From the NCBI GenBank assembly GCA_034432955.1, contig DAOUBB010000009.1, positions 24,347 to 88,346 on the forward strand: a stretch of DNA of 64,000 nucleotides, in the 5' to 3' direction. A program made the position numbers and the translations under genes. Under the pieces are notes generated by a model that worked only from the letters and a program-made list of their open reading frames with translations, was not told the origin of the DNA and searched no databases. Positions 55,730 to 64,000 of this stretch are shown piece by piece; the stretch's first letter is position 1; every line of letters begins with the position of its first letter. The DNA comes from Anaerolineae bacterium. Lineage in GTDB: Bacteria; Chloroflexota; Anaerolineae; DUEN01.

Positions 55730-55819
55730 TGGTGGACGACGGACGATGGAACCGTTGGTGCGTGCCTTTCGTCCCTTTTGGTGGTTGACTTGCGGCTTTT
55801 TAGAGCCTATCCGAAAAAC

Positions 55820-55859
<40 letters not shown>

Positions 55860-55909
55860 AAGACCTCACCGGTGAGTTTTCGGATAAGTTCTAAGCCGAT
55901 GTAGGGGGG

Positions 55910-57481
55910 ATGATGCGTCGGTTTTTGAGGGGATGGCTCCTTTTGGCCCTGCTGCTGGTCTGGTCAGGAGGGGGGCATTCCGAGGCGGCGTCAGGGATTC
56001 CGGCTGCCGTCGGCGAGTTCGCGCCGGGCGAAGTGCTGGTGCAGTGGCGGGCCGGCCTCTCCCGCGCCGAGGCGCAACGCCTGCTGGCCGGCGAGGGGGC
56101 CGAGCTCATCGAGACCCTCGCGCCGCTGCGCGTGGATCGCCTGCGTGTGCCGGTTGGCCGGGAGCTGGCCGTCATCGCGCGCCTGAACGCCGACCCGCGA
56201 GTCGTCTTCGCGGAGCCGAACTACCTCGCGCGGGCAGCCGGCGTGCCGAACGATCCAGGGTACCGGCAGCAATGGAACCTGGAGCGCGTGGCCGCAGCCG
56301 CGGCCTGGGACGCGACGACCGGAGACCCGAGCCTGACCGTGGCGGTGATCGACTCCGGCGCGGACCTCGATCACCCAGACTTGAAGGATCGTCTGGAGTA
56401 TGGGTGGGATTATGTGCGCAGCGACCCCGTTCCGGACGATGAGTACGGACACGGCACCCACGTGGCCGGGATCATCGGGGCGATCACCAACAATGGGATC
56501 GGCGTGGCGGGGATGTCCTGGCAGGGCAAACTGCGCGTGTACAAGGTGCTCGACCAGTACGGTCAAGGCACGTACGCGAACATCGCCTCGGCGATCGTCT
56601 CCGCTCAGGGGAGCGGCGCCCGCGTCATCAACCTCAGCCTGGGCGGCAGGGATCCCAGCCAGACGCTGTTCAACGCCGTGAACTCAGCTTATCAGGCGGG
56701 CATCCTCCTGGTCGCCGCGACGGGGAACGACAGCGGATCGGTGAGGTATCCGGCGGCCTACTCGCAGGTGGTCGCGGTCGGAGCCACGACTGATCAGGAC
56801 CGATACGCCTGGTACAGCAATTTCGGCCCCGAAGTAGACCTGGCCGCGCCGGGCGGCCTGGCCGAATCCCCGGTGTATAGCACACTACCCGGTGGATATG
56901 GCTTCCGCTATGGTACCTCGATGTCCACAGCGCACGTCTCGGGCCTGGCCGTCCTGATCTGGGCCATCGCGCCGTCGCTGTCTCGCGATGAAGTGCTTCA
57001 GATCCTGGAGAACACGGCTGACAAGGTGGACGCCTCTCGCTATCCTTATATCGGTGGACGCAACGACTATCTGGGGTATGGTCGCGTGAACGCGGCCAGG
57101 GCGGTGTGCCAAGCCGCGTCGCCTTGGCTGAACGTCTCGCCGGCCAGCCTGAACGTGTTGGTCTCACCGGACCAGCCCGCCACCGCGCGAGTGCTCTCGT
57201 TGACGAACCCGAGCCGACAGCCGGTGAGCTGGACGGCGAGCGTGTTGGCGGGCAATCCCTGGCTCTCTCTGGCGCCGCCCACCTCCGGAAGCGTGGCCTA
57301 TCCGGCGACGGCTCGCCTCTCCCTGAACATCGACGCGGCCGGGCTCAGCCCGGGCGGGTACCAGGGCCTGGTGCGGATCAACGGCACAAGCCCGTGTCGC
57401 AACCTGCAGTTGGATGTTTACGTGCGGCTCCAGGTCGTCCCGCAGTTGCGGCGCGCTTTTCTGCCCTTCGTTCGGCGTTAA
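55910..57481 (+). CDS. S8-family (subtilisin-like) secreted serine peptidase with C-terminal extension
   Basis: Signal peptide; catalytic D (VAVIDSG), H (HGTHVAGII), S (GTSMSTAHVSG). Confidence 0.85.
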   Translation: MMRRFLRGWLLLALLLVWSGGGHSEAASGIPAAVGEFAPGEVLVQWRAGLSRAEAQRLLAGEGAELIETLAPLRVDRLRVPVGRELAVIARLNADPRVVFAEPNYLARAAGVPNDPGYRQQWNLERVAAAAAWDATTGDPSLTVAVIDSGADLDHPDLKDRLEYGWDYVRSDPVPDDEYGHGTHVAGIIGAITNNGIGVAGMSWQGKLRVYKVLDQYGQGTYANIASAIVSAQGSGARVINLSLGGRDPSQTLFNAVNSAYQAGILLVAATGNDSGSVRYPAAYSQVVAVGATTDQDRYAWYSNFGPEVDLAAPGGLAESPVYSTLPGGYGFRYGTSMSTAHVSGLAVLIWAIAPSLSRDEVLQILENTADKVDASRYPYIGGRNDYLGYGRVNAARAVCQAASPWLNVSPASLNVLVSPDQPATARVLSLTNPSRQPVSWTASVLAGNPWLSLAPPTSGSVAYPATARLSLNIDAAGLSPGGYQGLVRINGTSPCRNLQLDVYVRLQVVPQLRRAFLPFVRR

Positions 57482-57510
57482 CCTTCGCCTGGGATTTCGT
57501 CGGGAAGCCT

Positions 57511-57873
57511 TTATCCCGCCGTCGTGATGGCGCGCAGGATCAGCCCCACCAGCACGAGCGTGACGGCGCTGTAAACCAGCATCTCGGCTCGTCCTTCGCG
57601 GCCCCTGGTGTACGCGTAGGCGCCGGGGATCGCCAGCGCGCTGACGATCCCGTACAGGATATGCAGGTCGCGGGCCGGCCTGAGCCCGCTGAACCAGAGG
57701 TACGCTCCCAGGGCGCCCTGAGCCAGGATCACCAGCTCGGCGATGAGCAGCGCTCCCCAGTAACTTGGGGGAATCCCCTGTCGCCGGGCGAAACGCCACC
57801 ATCCCCAGATGCTCAGGGCGAAGACGAACAACAGCGCTGTGTTACCCAGACGGGCGTGAATCTCGGTGAGCAT
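57511..57873 (-). CDS. Small membrane protein (4 TM), hypothetical
   Basis: 120-aa hydrophobic ORF; no motif recognised. Confidence 0.4.
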   Translation of the reverse strand: MLTEIHARLGNTALLFVFALSIWGWWRFARRQGIPPSYWGALLIAELVILAQGALGAYLWFSGLRPARDLHILYGIVSALAIPGAYAYTRGREGRAEMLVYSAVTLVLVGLILRAITTAG

Positions 57874-57920
57874 GATTGGATACCCCTGTGCGCCTCATCC
57901 AGCACGACAAGCATGCTCAG

Positions 57921-57955
57921 CGACAGAAAAGGCCGGCTTGAAGGCCGGCCTTTTG
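57921..57955. terminator. Bidirectional rho-independent terminator (AAAAGGCCGGCC-TTCAAG-GGCCGGCCTTTT)
   Basis: Perfect GC-rich 10-12-bp stem flanked by A-run and T-run, immediately downstream of the slyD-like gene. Confidence 0.6.
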
Positions 57956-57979
57956 GAGAAGCGCTCCTCGCGTCTGTGC

Positions 57980-58444
57980 TCAGTGCACGTGTCCGCGCGT
58001 GATCTCCTCCTCGCTGGCCGGGCGCACATCCAGGATCTCCACGTCGAAGTGAAGTCGTTCGCCGGCCAGAGGATGGTTCGCGTCCAACACGATGCTATCT
58101 TCCGCCACGTCGGCGATAAAGAATGGCACCACGCCGCCGTTCGGGTCCTGAAGATAGACAGCCATGCCGATCTCAGGCTTGATGCCCGGTGGGAACATCT
58201 CCAGCGGGACCTCGATCAAGGTGCCTTCGATGTACTCACCATACCCTTGTTCGGGTTCCACTACGATGTGCCGCTTTTGCCCGGGCTCTAAGCCGGTCAA
58301 TGCTGCTTCCAGCCCGGGTACAATGCTACCCGTGCCGTGGACGTACTGAAACGGCTCGTGCCGGTCAGAGGAATCCACGATCTCATCGTCGTCCAGACGC
58401 AGCGTGTAAGCCAGCGTCACCACCGTATGGTCCTGAATCTTCAT
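57980..58444 (-). CDS. slyD: FKBP-type peptidyl-prolyl cis-trans isomerase (SlyD-like)
   Basis: MKIQDHTVVTLAYTLRL...GEYIEGTL FKBP/SlyD pattern; start at second ATG (58444), which has a GGAGGG SD. Confidence 0.8.
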   Translation of the reverse strand: MKIQDHTVVTLAYTLRLDDDEIVDSSDRHEPFQYVHGTGSIVPGLEAALTGLEPGQKRHIVVEPEQGYGEYIEGTLIEVPLEMFPPGIKPEIGMAVYLQDPNGGVVPFFIADVAEDSIVLDANHPLAGERLHFDVEILDVRPASEEEITRGHVH

Positions 58445-58775
58445 GCTGAAACCCTCCACTTTTTCTGGTTGCTCCCAGGCCACATCGTTTTCCTGGAGAC
58501 GGGAACCTGAGCGCTGATCGTGCCTGTGACCTCACGCCGTACAGGTGCCCCGTTCGCTTCACCCCTGGGACAAGTGGGAAGCTCTCAGGGCCATACGGTG
58601 AGAAGCCAACCCTATGATACCACACTTTGTCCATTTTTGGGTAATCTGGCCACCCCTTGGTAGCTTTACATCTCAGCGTGGAGTCACCCCATTTTGCCCC
58701 CACCCCGGCCGAAGGAGGGGGGCAGCGGCCCCAACGGGCGGGGCTAAGGATTGTGTTCCTTTCGCTGGACGAAAG

Positions 58776-59822
58776 TCAATGGGATGAGATGGCGGCGTTC
58801 GCCAGTCTGATGAGATGCTCGAAGGAAGCGAACAACGCGTCCAGGGCCAGCAGCGCAGCGCCGCGCGCGCCGGCCATCTCACCCTGATCGTCGCAGACGA
58901 TGCGGGTCTGGCTGGAGATGTGTTGCAGGGCATGCAGGCGAACCTGGCGCTGTACTGCCTCCAGGATGATCCCGCCATCCTGCGATAGCGGCCCTCCCAG
59001 CACTACCAACTCCGGGCCCAGCAAATTCAAGGCGATCGCCAACACCTTGCCCACATAGGTTCCTGTTTCGTCCAGGATCTGAAACGCCAGCTTGTCCCCC
59101 GCCCGCGCGGCCTCGATCAACGCGGCCAGGGTGAGTTCCCCCCTCTCATATGGGGCGCGCAACGTGGACATGAGCTGCGGTTCGGCCAGCCGCTCCTGCA
59201 CGCGCCGCAGCACCGCCCAGGTAGAAGCCAGCGTCTCCAGGCATCCCCGGCTTCCGCAACTGCACCAGGGGCCGTCATCGGCGATCGTCACGTGGCCCAG
59301 CTCGCCCGCGAGGCCGCTGCCGCCTCGATAGGGCTTGCCGTCCACGAACACGCCGGAGCCGATGCCGCTGCCCAGAAACACGTAGAGGAAGTTCCTGCTG
59401 TCGCGAGCGGAGCCGAAACGTTGAGCCACCAGCCCCATCGCCCGCACGCTGTCATCCACGACGATCAGGTCTACCCCCAGCCGAGCGCGCAACTCCGCGG
59501 GCAGATCCACGCCTGCCCAGGCTGCGGCCCAGGAGGGGGTGTTCGGCCAGCCGAGCACGATCCCGGTGCGGGGGTCCACGATGCCGCGCACGCCCACTCC
59601 GAACGCAGCGATTTCCTTGGGGGAGACACCCCCTTCCTGACAGATCGCCTTAATCAGGCGAACAATGTTAGACAGGATCACCTCACGGTCTGGGACAGCC
59701 TGGGTGGGGTGGATCAAAGAGGCGATCACGCCGCCGGCCAGGTCGCTGAGCACGGCGCGCGAATGTTGGCCGCCGATGTCGAGGCCCACGACGCGTCCGG
59801 CGTTGGGGTTGACGGAAAGCAT
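58776..59822 (-). CDS. ROK-family protein (sugar kinase or transcriptional regulator)
   Basis: GLDIGGQ N-terminus, zinc motif CSCGSRGCLE, GIGSGV. Confidence 0.8.
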   Translation of the reverse strand: MLSVNPNAGRVVGLDIGGQHSRAVLSDLAGGVIASLIHPTQAVPDREVILSNIVRLIKAICQEGGVSPKEIAAFGVGVRGIVDPRTGIVLGWPNTPSWAAAWAGVDLPAELRARLGVDLIVVDDSVRAMGLVAQRFGSARDSRNFLYVFLGSGIGSGVFVDGKPYRGGSGLAGELGHVTIADDGPWCSCGSRGCLETLASTWAVLRRVQERLAEPQLMSTLRAPYERGELTLAALIEAARAGDKLAFQILDETGTYVGKVLAIALNLLGPELVVLGGPLSQDGGIILEAVQRQVRLHALQHISSQTRIVCDDQGEMAGARGAALLALDALFASFEHLIRLANAAISSH

Positions 59823-59851
59823 GGCCGCTGGGCGACCGGGGTTGCCGTCCT

Positions 59852-60050
59852 GATGACCAAAGGCGGCCCCAACAATGCCACGCTCTTTTTCGTCCTATAC
59901 CTATGGCGGAATGCATTCCAGTACCTGAAGATGGGCTACGCCAGCGCCCTGGCCTGGGCTATCTTCGTGTATATCCTGCTCCTCACCCTGCTCGTTTTAC
60001 GTTCGTCAGAGATGTGGGTCTTCTACACCGGAGAGATCAAACGACGGTAG
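59852..60050 (+). pseudogene. 3-prime fragment (about 66 codons) of a MalF/UgpA-type sugar ABC permease; 5-prime part absent
   Basis: MTKGGPNNATLFFVLYLWRNAFQYLKMGYASALAWAIFVYILLLTLLVLR matches only the conserved C-terminal end of a first permease gene; upstream + frame is non-membrane antisense of the ROK gene. Confidence 0.45.
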
Positions 60051-60160
60051 AACTCGTCTAAGCAGTGAGCTCGCAATGACCAACACCAGCCGGAGCTCGG
60101 TGCCTGGGCCTGTAACACTCCAGGCGGCGAGTTTTTAACCGCCGCCGAACCATATCGGAG

Positions 60161-61036
60161 ATGCAGTTAATGAGCGCTCATGCGAGACAAAAGCTGTTGT
60201 CAGGCGCACGGGTTGTCAGGGCCATAGAGACTGCGCTCATTTACGCCATTCTGTTAAGTGGAGCGATCATCATCATGATCCCCTTGTGGTGGATGATCAC
60301 CACGTCCCTGAAGCGGCCCGCGGAGGTGTTCGCCTTCCCGCCCACTTTCTTACCCAAGGTGATCCGGTGGCAGAACTACGTGGAGGTCTTCCAAAAGGCC
60401 CCCTTCGGGTTGTATTTCCGTAACACGATCTTTGTAGCCCTTATGGACCTGATCGGCACCCTCATCACGGCCAGCATGGTGGGCTTCTCCTTCGCCCGGC
60501 TGCGCTGGCGCGGGCGTGACCTGCTGTTCCTCATTACGCTGGCCACCATGATGCTGCCGGGCGCGGTGACGATGATCCCTCGTTACCTGATCTTCAAGGA
60601 ACTGCACTGGCTCGACACCTATTACCCTCTGTGGGTCCCCTCTTTCTTCGGTTATCCGTTTTTCATCTTCTTGATGCGGCAGTTCTACGCCACGATCCCA
60701 TACGATCTGGACGACGCGGCCCGCATTGACGGCTGCAGCATCCTCGGCATCTGGTGGCGCATCGCGCAGCCTCTGACCAAGCCGGCGTTGACCGCCTGTG
60801 GCATCTTCACCTTCAACGCCACCTGGAACGACTTCATGGGGCCGCTCATCTATCTCAGCTCCAAGAATAAGCTGACGTTAGCGCTCGGCCTGCTGGCCTT
60901 CCGCGGCCCCCACGTCACCGACTGGCATTACCTGATGGCAGCCTCCATGATCGCCATGCTGCCTGTCATTATCCTGTTCTTCTTCGCCCAGAAGTATTTC
61001 ATTCAGGGCATCGTCTTCACAGGAGTTAAAGGCTAG
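60161..61036 (+). CDS. Carbohydrate ABC transporter permease (MalG/UgpE type)
   Basis: 291 aa, 6 TM, EAA-like loop (YDLDDAARIDGCSILGIWWRIAQPL). Confidence 0.85.
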   Translation: MQLMSAHARQKLLSGARVVRAIETALIYAILLSGAIIIMIPLWWMITTSLKRPAEVFAFPPTFLPKVIRWQNYVEVFQKAPFGLYFRNTIFVALMDLIGTLITASMVGFSFARLRWRGRDLLFLITLATMMLPGAVTMIPRYLIFKELHWLDTYYPLWVPSFFGYPFFIFLMRQFYATIPYDLDDAARIDGCSILGIWWRIAQPLTKPALTACGIFTFNATWNDFMGPLIYLSSKNKLTLALGLLAFRGPHVTDWHYLMAASMIAMLPVIILFFFAQKYFIQGIVFTGVKG

Positions 61037-61040
61037 CTAA

Positions 61041-63254
61041 ATGAATTTACAAACCTTCGCCACCTTCTTCCCCCTCGGCTCCCACCTCTGCCGCGAGCCG
61101 ATGCCGCCCATGTCGGAACTGAAAAAGGACATGGAGAACCTGAAGCGGCACGGCTTCAACCTGGTCAAGCTCCAGGAGCACTGGGCCATTGACGAGCCGC
61201 TGGAAGGGCACTACGACTTCTCGCGCTATGAGGAGCTGATCGAGCATGCAGCCCGGCTCGATCTGGGCGTCTATATCGGCCTGACGTGCGAACAGGCCCC
61301 CGCCTGGCTCTGGCGCAAGCACCCCGGCTGCCGCATGGTGGGGCGCAACGGGCTCCCCATCGCCTACGAGGCGCAGACGACGCTGCCCGCCGATGGCAAG
61401 CCCGGGCCATGCTACGACCACCCCGGCGCCCGCGCGGATATGCAACGTTTCATCCGGCAACTCGTGCGCACGCTGGGCCGGTACGAGAACATCGTCGTCT
61501 GGAATACCTGGCAGGAGATCGGCTACTGGCCTGAGGGGTTGGTCGGGCAGCAGGTCTGTTACTGCGAGAACACCCTCAACGCCTTCCGCGCCTGGCTCCA
61601 GGAGAAGTACGGCGATCTGGATGGCCTCAATCGCGCCTGGAACACCCGCTACCTGGATTGGGCCTCCGTCGCTCCGGATCGCTGCGCCATCACCCGCTAT
61701 CCCCAGCCGCAGAACGTGGATTGGCACTATTTCATGGACAACGTGCAGATCGCCAACGTGCTGCGCGCCCGGGCCGAGGCCATCCGCGAAGCGGACCCGC
61801 TGAAGCGGCCGATCTTCGCACACAAAGGTAGCCCGATCATCGGCGCAGGCCAGGATTGGACTTACGCGCGCTGCCAGGATTTCCTGGGCTCGTCTTGCTA
61901 CCCGGCGTGGCACACCTTCCACGCCTGGGATGATGGCTACCCGGCCGACGGCCGGCCGTTGAGCCGCCACACCGCGCTGTTGGCCGAGATGTGGGACCAG
62001 GTGGCACTGAGGTACGACTACATCCGGTGCTGCAACCCCCGTGGAAATCCGGTCTGGGCGGCCGAGTTCCAGGGGGGTCCGGTGAGCACCGGCTTCCATA
62101 AGGGCCGCGTCCCCTCGCCCGACGACATCCGCCGCTGGATGCTGACCGCGGTCGGCTCCGGCGTGACCGCCATCTCCTTCTGGGTGACGCGGGCGGAGAT
62201 CCACATGGCCGAGCAGAACGGCTTCAGCCTGCTCGACAGCGAGGGCGACACCACGCCGCGCTTCGAGGAGGCAGCGCGCGTGGGCCGGGCGCTCAACCAG
62301 CATGCGGACCTCTTCGCCCGGCCGACGCGCCCATGGTCCCAGGCCGCGATCCTCATCAACGAGTGGAACTACCAGCTCTGCAATTTGCTCAACCAGGGGT
62401 ATGAGCATCTCCCTTACAGCGTGCGCGGCTGGTACCGGCTGCTGTGGGATGCCGGCATCCCCGTGGACTTCATCGAGGCCTCGGAGCTGGACGAGCCCTA
62501 CCTCGCCGACTACAAGGCGCTCATCCTGCCCTTCCCGCTCTCGCTGTCTGAGGAAGTGGCCCGGAAGCTGGCCCGGTACGTGGAAAACGGCGGCCACCTG
62601 ATCAGCGAGGCCGCGCCCGGTCGCATCAACGAGCACGCCTACTGCCACCGCGGCGAGCTGTCGCCCGCGATGCGCGAGCTGTTCGGCGTGCGCCAGGAGA
62701 GCTTCACCATGGTGCGCGAGCCGGGGGATACGCCGCGCTGGTCGCCGCCGGAGCGTACCTGGGGCGAGTACCTGGACGCAGCCATGCTGGACGGGGTCGG
62801 GCCGCTGGCCGGCCACCGGCTGCGCGCCAACGTGTACATCGAGACCTTCACCTGCCAGGGGAGCGAGCCGATCCTGCGCCATGGCGACGCCATCGCCGGG
62901 GTGGTGCGCCATGTGGGCCAGGGGCGAGCCTGGCTGCTGGGGACCTACGTCGGCCACAACGGCACAGCCTACCGCGACGAAGAGACCCATGCTTGCGTGC
63001 GCGCGTTGCTGGCTCAGTGCGGCGTGACGCCGGAGCGCGCAGGCGAGCTGCTGCTGCGCAGGCGCGTCGGCGAGGACAAAGAGGCGTGGTTCCTCACCAA
63101 TCCGACGGATCACGAGGTGACCGAGCGCATCAACGTAAGCGGCTGGGCGCACGTTGAGGACCTGCTGGGTGAGCCGATGGAACGTGAGGGTGAGGCTGTA
63201 ACGCTCACGGTAAGAAGCCTCGATGTGCGGGTGTTGATGCTGTGGCGAAGCTGA
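61041..63254 (+). CDS. Glycoside hydrolase family 42 beta-galactosidase
   Basis: 737 aa; GH42 N-terminal TIM-barrel region, trimerisation domain and C-terminal beta domain. Confidence 0.75.
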   Translation: MNLQTFATFFPLGSHLCREPMPPMSELKKDMENLKRHGFNLVKLQEHWAIDEPLEGHYDFSRYEELIEHAARLDLGVYIGLTCEQAPAWLWRKHPGCRMVGRNGLPIAYEAQTTLPADGKPGPCYDHPGARADMQRFIRQLVRTLGRYENIVVWNTWQEIGYWPEGLVGQQVCYCENTLNAFRAWLQEKYGDLDGLNRAWNTRYLDWASVAPDRCAITRYPQPQNVDWHYFMDNVQIANVLRARAEAIREADPLKRPIFAHKGSPIIGAGQDWTYARCQDFLGSSCYPAWHTFHAWDDGYPADGRPLSRHTALLAEMWDQVALRYDYIRCCNPRGNPVWAAEFQGGPVSTGFHKGRVPSPDDIRRWMLTAVGSGVTAISFWVTRAEIHMAEQNGFSLLDSEGDTTPRFEEAARVGRALNQHADLFARPTRPWSQAAILINEWNYQLCNLLNQGYEHLPYSVRGWYRLLWDAGIPVDFIEASELDEPYLADYKALILPFPLSLSEEVARKLARYVENGGHLISEAAPGRINEHAYCHRGELSPAMRELFGVRQESFTMVREPGDTPRWSPPERTWGEYLDAAMLDGVGPLAGHRLRANVYIETFTCQGSEPILRHGDAIAGVVRHVGQGRAWLLGTYVGHNGTAYRDEETHACVRALLAQCGVTPERAGELLLRRRVGEDKEAWFLTNPTDHEVTERINVSGWAHVEDLLGEPMEREGEAVTLTVRSLDVRVLMLWRS

Positions 63255-63320
63255 ATCCCAACGCGGCGGGAAAGCTTGACAGCACCACGGGCCTGGCCTC
63301 AAAGCCTAAAGCGCAAAGCC

Positions 63321-63725
63321 TTACACCTTGTAAGGCAGTCTTACCATCTGGAGTCCTGAGATGTGTTCGTATTCGGGGTCCTTGTGGACCAATGCCGCGT
63401 TGAGCAGCAAGGCTAAGGAGGCGTTCCAGGCATCGGCAATAGACACAGGCGTATTTGCCTTGACCGAGGCTGCTCGGTGTCGCCATTCCGGGTCTGATTC
63501 TGACACTCGCACCGGCCAGGCTTGCACTAGCGTCAGAAGAGATCGCGTTTCCTCCGGGCTGAGCCTGCGCAGGAGCAAGTATTCCAACTCCATCAAAGCC
63601 ATAAAGGGGAGATGGATTGTAGCCTGGCCCTCTTTAGCCTGATCCAACAAGGAGAGCACGGTTTCTACACCCTCTTCCCGATTCAAGATGGTGAGTATGG
63701 CAGAAGTATCAAGGACGAAGATCGT
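63321..63725 (-). CDS. vapC: PIN-domain toxin (VapC)
   Basis: MTIFVLDTSAIL N-terminal PIN signature; start at 63725 overlaps the antitoxin stop (ATGA). Confidence 0.75.
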   Translation of the reverse strand, partial: TIFVLDTSAILTILNREEGVETVLSLLDQAKEGQATIHLPFMALMELEYLLLRRLSPEETRSLLTLVQAWPVRVSESDPEWRHRAASVKANTPVSIADAWNASLALLLNAALVHKDPEYEHISGLQMVRLPYKV

Positions 63726-63958
63726 CATGGTTCTTGCTCGCGCTGAGCCTTTCGTTCCATCAGAAGGTCTGCTGTGGATGGTCCGCGCCCTTTCAGGACC
63801 CCTACAGCGGCGCGCACTGGATCCGGTGGGATCGGCAACACGATGATAACCCCATCCTTGATCGTCCACTGCAAACGTGTGGCAGGGGTAATGCCTAGCG
63901 CTTCCCGGATGGGGCGGGGGATCACGGTCTGGCCGCGCACAGACACTTTGGTTTGCAT
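63725..63958 (-). CDS. vapB: AbrB/MazE/SpoVT-type antitoxin (VapB)
   Basis: MQTKVSVRGQTVIPRPIREALGI swapped-hairpin motif; GGAGG SD 6 nt upstream of the chosen ATG. Confidence 0.7.
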   Translation of the reverse strand: MQTKVSVRGQTVIPRPIREALGITPATRLQWTIKDGVIIVLPIPPDPVRAAVGVLKGRGPSTADLLMERKAQREQEP

Positions 63959-64000
63959 TGCCATCCTCCGCATAGTAAGATAAGACAAGTGTTACACCAA

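Noticed and set aside
58805-58830. Hammerhead-like CUGAUGAG ... CGAA motif
   Set aside because: Helix II would be only 3 bp and the core GAAA is GAAG; the segment is inside the ROK coding region (antisense). Judged a chance match.
61047-63302. 751-aa minus-strand ORF
   Set aside because: Exact antisense of the GH42 beta-galactosidase gene; Arg/Ala/Gly-rich low-complexity product.
63319-63335. CCTTACA-CCT-TGTAAGG hairpin between convergent GH42 and vapC genes
   Set aside because: Only a 7-bp stem, and it overlaps the vapC stop codon; too weak to call a terminator.

Overview
High-GC (about 65-68%) bacterial chromosomal window, gene-dense on both strands. Promoters carry extended -10 TGnTATAAT boxes and the window holds large GT39 and YfhO glycosyltransferases, consistent with a Chloroflexota-like genome; this taxonomic guess is inference only.

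Left third is housekeeping: a rhomboid protease fragment, gmk, tmk with the c-di-AMP receptor darA, a Ycf45-like ATPase, truD, murA, and infC-rpmI-rplT followed by a TrmH methyltransferase. infC has a non-AUG AUU start.

The most interesting block is about 11.9-25.6 kb. A Crp/Fnr (Dnr/NnrR-like) regulator sits next to a complete Sec-type clade II nitrous-oxide reductase cluster: nosZ, a nosB-like membrane gene, nosD and nosF in one continuous ORF joined by a TM helix, nosY, nosL and a c-type cytochrome. Immediately downstream is an NO-stress operon: a split RIC (DUF1858 gene plus hemerythrin gene), hemerythrin-DUF2249, DUF488, a CopD-like membrane protein, nnrS, an FTCD-C cyclodeaminase-like gene, two tandem paralogous small membrane proteins and a LuxR response regulator. 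Both operons carry an almost identical TTG-N8-CAA box whose centre sits 29.5 bp from a TATnnT -10 (class II, -41.5 geometry).

The remainder holds htrA-like, FTR1/DtxR, an acyl-CoA carboxylase operon (pccB-accC-BCCP), MoxR-DUF58, a thioester-domain (TQXA-like) surface protein, two paralogous roughly 950-aa GT39 glycosyltransferases plus YfhO, a NYN-LOTUS-TPR protein, ArsR-GT2-flippase-HD, an alkaline-phosphatase-family enzyme, an S8 peptidase, SlyD, and ROK. A 3-prime fragment of a sugar ABC permease sits next to an intact permease and a GH42 beta-galactosidase, marking a rearrangement scar. A VapBC pair closes the window.

A short GACGAAGG hairpin repeat family recurs at gene boundaries and inside the nosD-nosF linker. 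No rRNA, tRNA or CRISPR array was seen.
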